From contig NMRA01000100.1 in the NCBI GenBank assembly GCA_002633005.1, positions 765,822-829,821 of the forward strand: a DNA stretch of 64,000 bases. Direction: 5' to 3'. Position 1 is the first letter of the stretch. Each line of letters starts with the position of its first letter. The DNA is from Phoronis australis (lineage: Eukaryota; Animalia; Phoronida). Positions 12,317-25,000 of the stretch are shown piece by piece. The translations under genes were made by a program, and so were the position numbers. The notes below the pieces were generated by a model. The model saw nothing but the letters and a program-made list of their open reading frames with translations, did no database searches and was not told the origin of the DNA.

Positions 12317-12427
12317 CAGACACTACCCGGTGGCTCAGTGCTGGCAACGCCCGGCATGGCAGTAACGTTACTTGTCGCCGAAACTGTGATAGCGTCCCCG
12401 GTTAGCGGCTGAGGAGGGTAGTGTCTG
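12317..12427. mobile_element. Fold-back MITE-like element
   Basis: Perfect 12-bp TIR cagacactaccc/gggtagtgtctg; central palindrome agtaacgttact (12361-12372); GC/CpG-rich relative to intron. Confidence 0.55.
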
Positions 12428-12560
12428 GAAACTTGTAGGTTGTAAGATATCTCTCACAACAAAGATGAAAATGATTTTATAAAACTATAGATTACATGCT
12501 CAAAAACTCCTCAACTTTTTTAACCAATTCCACTGTTCCACTAACAAGTATGCAACGTAC

Positions 12561-12758
12561 CAGTGGAGACCTCTGCCAGCAGGTCTTTCAGCTGTTCTTG
12601 CCTACTGTGAACTTCAACAGCTGAGACGCGGACTGAGAAGCGAGCGCCAGTCTTGTCCTTCTGTTCATTAATCAGTTTGAACAGCCAGGCAATGGCACAC
12701 GGGATAGCACCCAGGGTCTGGGCGGATTCATCACTGCCAATCATCGTGTACGACTTCC
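12561..12758 (-). CDS. KIF26: KIF26 exon E (G-KSYTMIG...[13 protein letters not shown]...EVST)
   Basis: ttacag|GG acceptor, G|GTACGT donor; 198 nt, phase 1 to 1; [27 protein letters not shown]. Confidence 0.95.
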
Positions 12759-15700
12759 CTGTAAAAGGACATCAACACAGGTGATTGGAAGAACCTGAAC
12801 ACCCAACAATAAGTTCAGCATTATCAAAACCTTCCAATGACAAATGATCAGGTTGGTCTTGTCAGCCACTAGATGGCAGACCCTGACAATGAGGCAGTTA
12901 ATACTCAGAACATGGACTGTAGGCAACCAAACCTGAAATACTGTCAAATAAAAGGAAACCAGCATATCAACAAGCTCAGCAATGAATGTGTCTAGATCTG
13001 TGGCTGGCAGGCCATTAATACAAACTCCAGTCTATTAGCAAAAACCTTTGTTCCCCGTATTTTGAAATCCTAGAAACAAGTTTTAGGATAAAAGTTAACG
13101 AGATTAATTCCACAAATGGTTGTGTCCCCAAGGGTTCTTGATGACGGAATACCGGTATTTTTGTTGCTCCTATTGGCAGGCATTGACACTATAACGAAAC
13201 TCTCAATTAGTAATTCGTGAATAAAATTTCCCACTATCAGTCCAGGCAAATTTGGTGGAGTTCAGAATACCGGGTAAATCGTGTTCCAATGCAAAAGTTT
13301 ATACGATTAAAAATTTCAGCGGCAAAGTTAGCGCGATTACTTCCACAAAAGTTCTTGTGGGAACGGCACTATTTCCTGTTCCAAACCACAAGACTTTGAA
13401 AACAAAGATTTCGGACGAAACGACAGCAAATGCGATGTCAGTATTCTATCAATGATACTTCAGCTTCCCCCTCACTTCCAAAACGTTTCTATTTCAAGAA
13501 GACCAAATCGAAGGCGAGACAGAGAGAGTCAAAACATATCCGTTCAGTCTTTTTATAAATAGAATGCAATTTAGACACACAGCAAGCAACCGCCAAATGT
13601 CTTAGAAAAAGGCGATAGTACTTTTTGTAACTAAGTCTCAATTGTTGCCTACTGGTTTCTTAAAGTAAGGTAAACAACCATAATTCACAACTAAGATGCT
13701 GTTAACTGAAACTGATGAGATTCTCTTCACATGCAGCCAGTTGAATACAAAACAGATATAACCAACAGACATGACAAGCTTGTCAATAGAGGCTTCACTG
13801 GTCAAATGACAGCAGCTAATTTCACATAAACTGAACTGATTAATTTATATTGTTATGCCTCTCACAGGGATGCCTGTTAAAACTATTTTCTGATTTATTG
13901 CCACTATAGGCAGTAGATCACTGGGAATTCATCATGGCAGGGTGACTAAGAGCTGGAAGGAAGACAGCCCCATTAACTGAACAGACTGACAACTGACACA
14001 CCAACTTTTTACAAAGAAGTATACTCCCGTGACTGAAATCACTGTACAAAAACACGGATGGAAAAATGGATGTTCTGCCCGAAAATCAATGACCTATTAA
14101 CATAACACGGTTGAGCTACATGCCTGGTGGGTCCTTACGGCTCGAAACATGATATTGAAATTTCAACAGGGATGTACTAGTCTGGCAGACAGTGCCATTA
14201 GAATGCATCAGTGACTAACACAACTTGCACATCATGTCATGTTATTCAATATCATAATTTGTCTCATACATTCACAATCAGCCAGCCAACAAGCCTTATG
14301 CACACTTGCACAAGTTATAAAAGTGCAAAACTCATAGTCTCGGGAATTGTCCTTGCTTAGCAACCATTTCAGAGGCGTAAAAAACGCGACACCCTTTTGA
14401 ANCCCCCCTCCCCCCAAGTGCTTCCAAAAATGTTCATTTTTCACTGCTCATGGATGATTCTTGGCCACATTTCAAAAATTCTTAAAAGGTATGCAGACCG
14501 TTACCGTCCACCTCCCAGCGTACGTTTTGTGCATTTTAAAGAACTCTAGACGATCCCCAACATTTTTCTAATTGCGTATTTAGCAAAATAATGCCGTCAG
14601 CTGGCGTTGGCAATATTGTTTGATTAAACTGGGAAGTTGTCTGAGAGAAACTGTAGGTGTGAGGTTTATTGGTAACCATTCTCTTCATGCCGCGTTCACA
14701 TATTGAAACAAAAGGGATGAAAAAGATCACAAACTCAATCATTAAACAATGACAAGACCAATCAAGCCATAGCATTCCTTCTCGCTTGCTTTGCACATAT
14801 CAGAACTACCATTCCACAGGCTTATATATACAAGATCTATCTCTGCCAGACTTTTATGCTGTTCCACATCTACATTTAATGATTATCACAGATAGTAAAA
14901 GGATTGCCAGCCAAAGCTGCTTAACCCAGCTAACTGCCCCCAGCATCCATCACATACCAAATTGAGTTAATTCGACCTGCTAACTGAGTTAGTCAATTTC
15001 TGCTCCACTTGGCCAGTTTTGCCCTGTTAACATTGAATGCAAATATAAGCATTCTACAGTCAGTCCGACAAGTTGCTTAAACAGTTCAACAAACTCTCCT
15101 TGGAGGAAAAATGGTGTCATCCAAATATTTTGAATAATGATCGCCTAAGTAACACATCACTCTGTTCAGAGCAAATTTCAAAAAAATTTTATTTTCCGTT
15201 TCCTGCACCCATGAAAATACTGCGTAATCATTATATTGGTAGAGTTCCATATAAGACATTCAAAAATATTGCACGTCTGTCAGCGCTTTAACAGATTATG
15301 ATCTACAAATGCTTTACAATAATACAATGCTTGCAAAAAACAAAATTCTAAAAAATCTGTACTGAAATGGGGGGACACAAAGGGTGAATGTACTACTTGG
15401 TACAAATATGCAACAGTAGCAAACTAGGATCGCCCTTGTTTGACAAGGCTCACTCCTCACTCAGCAGTAGCAGAGCTATAAAGCTGTCAGTCTGTCCCAG
15501 CCATTAACAGATCAGATCTCCCAAAGATCTCCAGGCTGAGCTTAGTGTCAGAGATAGCATCAGCACAAGGTGTTGACACCCTGTTTGTATATACACCCAC
15601 ATTCAACACAGAGTGGTTATTTCTCAATACATTAGATGGACCATAACCCTGACATGTGTCCAAACAGACCTACACTGGAATCTCAAAATGGAACATGCAA

Positions 15701-18700
15701 GGGAGCGGGAACAGTTGTTTTACTGTATCTGTGTGGCCCAACTCTCTCCCTCCCCCCTTGCACAATAGTTTTAGCTGGCAGCCCTTGAAATACAGAGGTT
15801 GCAGAGACAGGTCAACAGTTACTACCAGTGAAAAAAACGGCACCAGTGACAAGGTCCTTGATGTTGAAAACCAGTTTGATGCCCATTATTCAATGGAGGA
15901 AACTGGTTCTCATAAACATGGGGGCCTCAGCAACTAACTGTTACCATGAAAACATTGCAAACATGGCACGAACAGCTTCAGGATTGCCACATGAAATTAA
16001 TTTACATGATTAACAACTGCAAAAATATGCAAAAACAAATCCTATAAATAGTTAAAACAAATAAAATCTATCCACCTATTTCTTTGGCACGAACTGTCAT
16101 GTGTACTGTCACTTGTTAGTCGAATGTGATAGGGATTTAAAGGTTATGTATTTCAGAGTCTAAACTATCTGGCCGCTGAGTGGGCAGAAAACTAAAACAG
16201 GTATTCTCTGACATTTGAATGGGTATACTGAACAAATCAAACACGGAAGAGTGATTGAGAGCACTGACCAAGAAACTACGCCTTAGTAATGACTGCAAGC
16301 TCATAAAAAGTTAGTAAGATGTGTTTGCTCCTCTCCGTTTAATTACCGCACTTTCCAAAAATATTCTTTATTAAGAGAGACGAGTATTGTCCAACACCCA
16401 TCAACACAGCAACGAGGAATTCTTATCTACCACAACTCAGAGTTACCCTTAGTTCACTCACATAAACACCAGGTGGCGTATTTGAATGATACTCTCGAAC
16501 TAATAAATTGGAGACTAAACATCTCTTGCCATTTAGGATGAATAATGCCAGACTTATCTGAGTTATTCTCTGTCAGATTTCAGTTGTCTTATTCCTTTAT
16601 GTGCAAACTGTTGATAGTCAGGTAACAAAAGCCAAGCGAATAACGAATGTCTCTCAGTCTTGAGTGAGAGGTGTCGCGAGCTCTAGCAATTTACTCCAGC
16701 CAAAGCGCAGTTAGCATTTCCAACTGAGGAGGAGTTGCGAAAACTCTACACTTTCATTCACCTATTATTATTGCAGAAAACAGATCTACAGCAATGACTG
16801 CTTGAGTAGGAAATGTGCCCCAGGAGAAGAATTTAACACCATACAGAGAGAATTAAGGCTTCAAAATTTGCCATTCAACAAGCTTTACTTGGTACATGCC
16901 AGCCAGGTATACCAAGTTCTAACCCATTCAAGTTTCTTAATCCCGGCAATAATTAAAACTAGTCGCTCCTAATTAACTCACAACAAATATCTGACTTTTT
17001 CTCCTATGTGTCCACAACAGCTGACTGCCTGTATGCCCTGCTATGAGGACATACAGTTGACCATGTGCCCTCAACATTTCCTGTCAGGCCAGTGGCACCC
17101 TGCTGTGAGCCTGGCTATCAGACTACACTGTTTACATTGAGAGCCAAGTACCCAGTGTATCAGTGCTGGCATCACTCTTAATGTGTTGTCCATCATCTAC
17201 TGATGGATGACACACCATGTTGGCAGGAGCCATTGGATGGAGCTGGTAAAACCTGTGGACAGCCCAAGAGCAACATTTTATTCATCCATTTATTTTAAGT
17301 TCGAACTCAAATACTGGATTCACAAGCGTGGCTGAAACACCCGGCAATTTTCAGTGGTGAAAACATGGCACTTTAGTCAAACATGCTGTTGGCCACCCTG
17401 GAGTAATTATCACCAGCAGTTGCTTTGTTTCCTCACCACCTCAAATGCGCTTTTAAAGCGAAAATTCTCACTAAAGCTTGTTTACAGCAACTGATAAAAA
17501 GCAAAAACGGGCTAGTTTTGGGGTAACTGAAACTGCCAACAAAGACACCAAAAGTGACCTGTTGACATGACTAGCAATTCTCCAACTAGCAAAAAATGCA
17601 ACTGAAAATGCAAGCGTTCTAGGAAGTTTGTGAACGTGGGTACATGGTACAACCGCAGCAGACTTTTCTTCACTAGTACCACAATTGGACTTTTAGGGTT
17701 TGCCCAATCATCAAACAATGAATATTAACTTTACCCAGGGAGTTCAGTGGGACGTGATATGTTTAAGTGCCATTTTTCAAAAAAAGACCTTCGCATCTAC
17801 GTAGATGCCGGCACATGGTCTATCCCCATCTCTTCTTGAGGTTACATGCACAAAAAAACAGCTGTGAACTTTGCTTTGTTGATGGCAGGCTACGTTTACA
17901 CAACAGATAGCTGAACAAAAACTAATTATAACAAACTAATTACTCCAGTACTACCACTTTCTCACGGAGCCTCTCAATTACAAAACGTTATCAGCCCACA
18001 AATGATACACTTGTAAGCAAAAAAATTTATGAGCGTAACATCCCAGAAATACAGAAAAGAGTTTCCCACGACTGACTCACAACTCACGAGATAGCAATAT
18101 CTTTGAACATATATTTGAAGAGTCGCAGGTCTTGTACACCAATTCAGAGCACAAACTCGCTGACACCCACTTGAACATGAAATAACTGGGTAAGAGCTTC
18201 AAGTGGTAATCCTATAATTATGACACTAACATCCTGAACTGCTAGTTGGTCACCAACAAAAGCCATGTATTTGTTGTGGAATTAATTTGATCTTCACCAG
18301 GAATTTCATGAACATTCCGCCCTGTTATCAATTGACAGTGACCTAAAAGGGTTAAATGTCCAAAGATGAGAAGCAATGTTGTTGAATTAAATAAAAGTAA
18401 ACCACAAAAACTAATCGAAGTCCACAAATGGAAGTTACTGTTGAGGCATGTATAGGGAACACTGGCTGAGCATCATTTTGTTCAGGTTTTCTACAATCGC
18501 ACAACATCCAGGATGGACCTCACAAATAATAGTTTCAGCTTGTTTTTTCATAATTTGAAGTTATTCCCACAAGTGCACTCATCAGAACTTTCACTAACTG
18601 TTTCCCACTGTTTAACTGTTGCAGAGAAAGTCCACTGGTCACCTGCCAATAAATGTCTGTCAAAGGTAAATAATGAAACCACAACTTTAGGACAACTGAA

Positions 18701-19956
18701 CCCCTGCTTTAAGTACGCACAAAGTGTTTACCTGCTGATAATGGTCCAATTTGTCAACTTCATTTAGAGCACAGTGCTGAGAACTATGGCATCAGAAAAC
18801 TAATCAAAGTAAACAGTCTGGTCCACCCCAAACACTCTAATGTAGTGTATGAAGAACCCTGGATGGCATTGGTCTCAACCAGTTTGGACAACAAAGTAGA
18901 GGACATATTTCCTGTGGCCTGCTGTGATCTAAATAAGGGGTAGAGATCTGTGCTCCCATGAACACTATCTTATCTGTAGCCAAATATTTAGCAGCCATTT
19001 CAGCATATAGCACCATGTAACTTTTACGTTACATGGCAAGCTTGCTCTGTAAAAACTGTAAAATCTCAAATCTCAAGCCTGACAGAGCTCTAGTTTTGAA
19101 CAAGCTCAACGGTAGCACTGAAATTCGCTACTTTCCTTATGGGCAGAGAGGTGTTGGAGGTTCTCAAAGATGCAAAAAGTAGGGGCGGTGAAAACACATA
19201 TTCACAAGAACACCTAAAAGCAACCAATTCAATGTCAAGTCTACTCCAACACACACCCAGTTAAAACAGTTCAAAACAAGACTGTGCCTATACTTTTTGT
19301 CTATGCTTAATTTTGAAAATCAAATTTCTACTTCAATATCAAAATTTAAAAAAAAACGGTGTCTCTATAAAATTTGTAAAGCCATCATTTTAATGGTACG
19401 TAGGACCCCTCGCCTACAGAACAAACCAGCAGGCCCTCAGCAGAGTTTCACTACGTAAGTCATAAATGAGAGGTCCAGCACAACTTATGTAGCAGTCTCA
19501 TCCCGCCACACCAACCATCCAAGAAATTGGCTGACATTGGCCATTTACTAGTAACCAACTCATATATTAAGCCAAGCTCATTAAGTTGTCAGTCTATGCT
19601 GACCAGGTGATACTGTCCATTTAGTTGCATGACACAGGATTTTTCAGACTTGGGGCACACTAGGACAGTATACCTCAAAGCACCACCAACCCACATGCTA
19701 AGAGCACAGATACACCAACAAGTCTATCATTGAATTACCTGCGAGAATGAATTGGCACAAGAACACCTAACTTTACTCAAGACTGGATTTGAAAATTCAC
19801 CAACTGGCCATTTTCAAGTGAGTCGTGACTTAAATTCGATGATCAAAGGAATAGGCTTATGTAAAAATCACAGAATTTTTATCCTAGAATTCACAACAAC
19901 ATATACTCAACAAGGAATAAATACAGGTATTATGCCACTACTACACACCAACACAA

Positions 19957-19957
<1 letters not shown>

Positions 19958-19996
<39 letters not shown>
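19958..19996. repeat. (CA)n microsatellite, about 19 units
   Basis: Direct observation. Confidence 0.97.
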
Positions 19997-19998
<2 letters not shown>

Positions 19999-20358
19999 TT
20001 CTATGAATGTGTTATAAGCTACGGCTGCAACCCGTCAAACATTTTCAAGAGGGCAAAAACATTTGTACACCATGCATCAAAATTTCACCCGTTTTCTTTA
20101 ATGAGGTGTAGTTCTGTTTTGTTCTCAGCACATTTAATTTCAGCATTGGGCATTGTTTTGATCACATGGCAAGGGTTATATTTCATACTCATGTGACAAA
20201 GATTTTTTACTGTCACATTTCTCTATACATCTCCATCAATACAGGCATCATTGAAATTTTTATTTAAGCTTTGGTAACATCATCCCATATTCGTAACATT
20301 AGTGGTTCACCACACACACAAATGCCACAATCTGCTGGCAAGGAGTCTTATTCCTTAC

Positions 20359-20452
20359 CTAGCTTGGCATGCCCGTAAGCAAACAGACAGCCATCAGCAC
20401 CATTGACAACAGCCTGTACAATCTCCGTCAGGCTGTTGGAGCAAACCTCCGT
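20359..20452 (-). CDS. KIF26: KIF26 exon D ([32 protein letters not shown]), not in ORF track
   Basis: Hand-translated; tttcag|ACG acceptor, G|GTAAGG donor; 94 nt, phase 0 to 1; VVNGADGC and first half of the P-loop. Confidence 0.95.
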
Positions 20453-20746
20453 CTGAAATCATAGCAAATATTAGAATTAATGTGAATTCTACCAGACATT
20501 ACATGTATAATCGGATTCCTTCAACAGGGCAACAATACAAATTTTGAAACGAAATCTCCAACTGCAATAACAAAACCTGTAAAAATTGTTTCAAGGGGTC
20601 TTTACAATTTAAAAACTTCCAGACAAATGCTGCTATGGCAGCAAAGATAGATACATTATCGTCATTTGCCAATATTACACTCAAGATTTTTTAAGAATCA
20701 TTCGAAACATTTGTTCACAAAGACAAAATTTGTTATATGGTAAAAG

Positions 20747-20850
20747 ACAGAGAGGGTGACGGTGAGGTGGGAGAGGGAGGGAGGGAGGGGGAGAAGGAAG
20801 GAGACAGTGAGCGAGAAAGAGAGAGAGACAGACAGAGACAGAGAGGACAG
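20747..20850. repeat. GA-rich purine low-complexity tract
   Basis: gagagggagg...gagagagacagacagagacagagagg. Confidence 0.85.
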
Positions 20851-21801
20851 CCATGCCATAACAGGTCATTATCAGGTTAGCTGTAATTACCCCTTGTTTT
20901 ATCTGGCTTTGCTTCCTAATAGCAGGCGGTCATTAACAGATGAGCGGAACATCTCTTAATGTTGAGCAGATGGCCAAATTCACACACTCTGCTCAATGCG
21001 AAGCGTTTTTTGTGGAAACAAATGCACGGCAGTTTTTCTTACAGTTTTTGTAGCAGAGGGGTTGGAGAAACCATATGTTTTCAAGGAGATGTATTGTGTC
21101 ATGGATGCATTGAGTAACAATTATGACGTAACCAAATTATAGCACTAGAGTGGCTAATAATGACATTGCATAACATACTAACAACACTTCTGAACAAGGC
21201 CTGGTGTCAAAACATGAGTGTCTCACAGGGTGACATTTTTTCCGCCAGGGCAGGTCATTTTCTAATTAAAGCCAATTTCCCCTGGTAATGAAGGTGGCTG
21301 ACACAGCTGGAACAGTGACCAAATGAATTCAAGGGCAGACTGTCAATCAAAGCGGTGTGTATGACGGCTTGGTCCAATGGAGAGGTTCCGGCAGTTCAGA
21401 TACCTATGTGAACTCCAGGCACAACTGAGAACTCTGTGGGGGTTGGCTAATTATTTCTAAACATAATTCGTTGCATTTCTACAGACCAGGTCAACCATTT
21501 GGTTCCCATGTAAAGGCCAGTAATAATTGGATCATCAAACCACTGAGCTTGATGATTAACATAGTCTGTCCAGCCAGGATAGAGTGGGCACTGACCACTG
21601 GGCATCAGCAATGAAGCCTGTCCAGGGTGCAAGGAAAGTCCAAGTAAATACTCAACTGAGAGTCCCAGCAGGACAAGGTGTACTGTCTGACCTGGCAACA
21701 AATTCTGGCTACTGGATTCTGAAGTTTGGCTCGAGTATTTAGGGATCTGATAAAGAAACTGTTCCCCTAACTTGCTCTCTAAAGATGAAATGAATTATTA
21801 C

Positions 21802-22005
21802 CAAAGAGTCATCCTCTGTGAATATCTGGTCAAAAGCAAACATCTTGGGAGCCGCCATGCCTGCTCTTCTCTGTGAGGGCGTGGTGTACCCGCCATGGGA
21901 CGGGTCGAAAACAGTGATCTGCTTCTTGCGAGGGTCGACACTCAAATACGATCTTGTATTCTCACTGGCCGTGTCTATGTTGGCTATCTTCAACATGATC
22001 TTGGT
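21802..22005 (-). CDS. KIF26: KIF26 exon C, start of motor domain (TKIMLKI...APKMFAFDQIFTEDDSL)
   Basis: ttatag|ACC acceptor, TTG|GTAATA donor; 204 nt, phase 0 to 0; PKMFAFD motif. Confidence 0.95.
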
Positions 22006-25000
22006 CTATAAACAACAACAGTGGTAATTAGTTTAATGAGTTTTACAGATAAAAACGATAAATGTCACACTAATGTAGGATAACGCGAGTACAACCCGAT
22101 CTGTAAACGGCCAATTCAGACAAAGGGCATATAATTACAAAAGTGATAAATCACTCAGGCACCATAGAGAATAATTAATTTCACTATGTAGCATTTTTAA
22201 AATCTTATCCTAGATGGAGCTTAGACGGAAAGGAGTCATTTAATTTGCATAATAATGGCAGCTGATTCTAGATTGAAATGCTGCTATCAAACAATTGTCT
22301 TCAGAATATGGCATAGTACAAAGGCAATATTTCAGAGATCAGTACATTAGGGATACAATACTGGTCATGATGTCAGTTCGAACAGAAACCCACCCATTGA
22401 CAGGCACTAACTTAAAATTTAATAGAACGAATAACTCTACACAAAATTTCTCAGGGACTTCTTCATAAAAACATATTTAAGTGATAACAAAACACGTCTT
22501 CTCAGTACACCGTCAGCGTTAATCACCATAGTGGGACCTAATGAAATAATAAGTTTTTCATAACAGATGGGTCAGTGCTAATTGGAGACGACATTCCAAG
22601 TCAAGTCCATGCAAAATTTAATCAACATAATCTGGTGGCAATGTAAGCAACTGTATTTTGCCAATATTTATCTGGTCTAGACACATCTATATTTACAGTG
22701 TTCTATTTGTTGAGGTTTTGTAGGGGTTCATGTATTGTTCTCAATGAACCTTCATGTTTGTTTTGGCCAACTGTCTCTATTTATGTTACAGGCACACAAA
22801 AAATCAAGGGTTTGTTACATAGACTTGAACTAGTCACAAAACAGATGTCAGTGGTAAAAAGATTCTGTTGACATCCTTTCTCATCAAACTGGCATTTTTA
22901 TCATCAGATGGATCTAAATATAGCATTTAAGTTGAAAATTTTATAAGACAAAATATAAAACATCTAAATCGTATTCTTAGACCTTACATTTAGTAACTTC
23001 TTTAAAGTTACATTTCGCCCTGTTTAGCTGGCTAAAAAAACCCGAAAATCGAATTAGGTCTTTTACTCTCAAAATATCAGTCTCACAATATTCGTTACTG
23101 TGATAAGATTTCCCTTACCAACTCAAATAACAGGCAATGCATACACGAATCATTTGCAAATTTGAAATTTTAGGGTTAGGAAACCCCACTAAAATCAAAA
23201 GCATTATCTTGAGTCGCTGACCCTTTTTCATGTTCTAGATGGTAATGCGAATGGAATCCTATCATGGTAAGGAGCACCGTGAGACCCATTTCATGAGAGT
23301 GAAAGGCCTAATTCTATTGTTGTTTTTTGGCTAGCTAAACAGGGCAAGTGCAGCTATAACATAATCAAGTAGACGAGAAGCAAGTGTTCAGATTCTCACT
23401 ATCATGAGCTGTTCAAATTTGAACATGTGTATAATCATTTTTCAACTGAATTTTAACACCATTCTCCTCCTGTTTCACAAAAAAGATGTGTATTGCGTCA
23501 GGGTAATACCCTACACTCTGAATAATATACATTGCTGTAATTGTTCATTGGAAGTAATGAAGACCCACTTCTCACAGAATGGCCTTTTCCTAACACCTCA
23601 TTTTCCTCTTCTTCAGTTCCGCAAGCATTATTGCCTCACTATTTTTGAACTTGCGGAGGTGATTAATTCTAAAACAAGGATTTAGCTTTGATCTCCGTCA
23701 AGAGAAAACATCAAAAATGATGTATGGTTTTCACTCATCAATCGTGTAGTAATTAATTCAGAAGACGGCAATCAGTCACTCCACAGGAGGTTCTATTGTT
23801 TATTGGGCGAATTGCAAAGGAGAAAGACGTCAACAGTTTCTCACTACGGAGAGTAATGGATTAGTAACCATTACTGTTCACAAAAGACTTCTATTGTTGC
23901 GAGATATTTGTTGCACCACATGAGGAAATGGACTCTATTTGATAATTTGAGTTTTTAAACAAATATTCAACGTGTCCGTGGAAAGATGCGGTAGGTTGGA
24001 GTATCTTCCCAGAAAATAGTGAGTGAATCATTACCACACAATTCAGGTAATTACTTGGAGGGATCATGTTGCCTGACACACTGACAGTTTGAACACAATT
24101 CCTCACGGCCTGCTCCAAGTCTAGAACCAGCAAAATGATACTCTAGTTCTGACCATCATCATCAAATATGTTATTTTTCCAGGGTTTATTGACAAACGGG
24201 CCAGTGTGTCAACAGCACAGGGCCGTGTTGTCCTGTTGTTGTCCAGACAGACATCAGATGTGATGGCCCATTACCTCTCAATGGCTTCTACAGTCAAATG
24301 TCAGAGCCAATGGGCGCCAGTTAGCATTTACAGTGCTAAAAAGTTTAGCATGACAACAGAAGCACGCGTGAAAGCTCACTGCTTATCTCCACCTTCAACA
24401 ATGCGTGTGAATTCCAATTAAGACGGCAACAGTGTCGAACAAAAAGTCTTTTTATTATTTGATACTTTGGGGTGGTGAGATTGAATTGTGACAAGCAAGA
24501 CTGTATAGACATATGACCCTGTATGCAACTCCACGATGACTTCACCGGAGATGTTCCTCAACTGCTGTTACTCACTAAGTCCAGTCTTTGTGAAAAATCA
24601 GTATTGAAACATTTATTCTTTATTCTTGGAAACTTTTTGTGTTTTTGCATCACAAATGAAGTGAGACAGTGCAAAAACTACAAAGTCACACGAACGCAGC
24701 AACACTATGAATGGTGGCAGTGCAGTCCCAATTTGTGAACACCGGGTAAAATCTTTGCAACTTCCATCACCGTCAATTCAAATTACTTACTGAAATTTGG
24801 TTTGACCTCCATAATTTCATTGAACCTGTGCTAACCCAATTTGCCAAGCACATAAATAGAATAACCTTTTGCCACTTGAAACTGTCAACTGTCAGGATTT
24901 CCAAGCTGAGATCTACTGTTGTTGTCAAACAGTACCAGGATTCAACAACCCAAAAATGTAACAGGTTTATTCATTCTGATTCCAGAACCTTCCATTAAAA

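Noticed and set aside
14402-14402. Single N in a poly-C run
   Set aside because: Assembly ambiguity, not a biological feature; a hidden gap cannot be excluded
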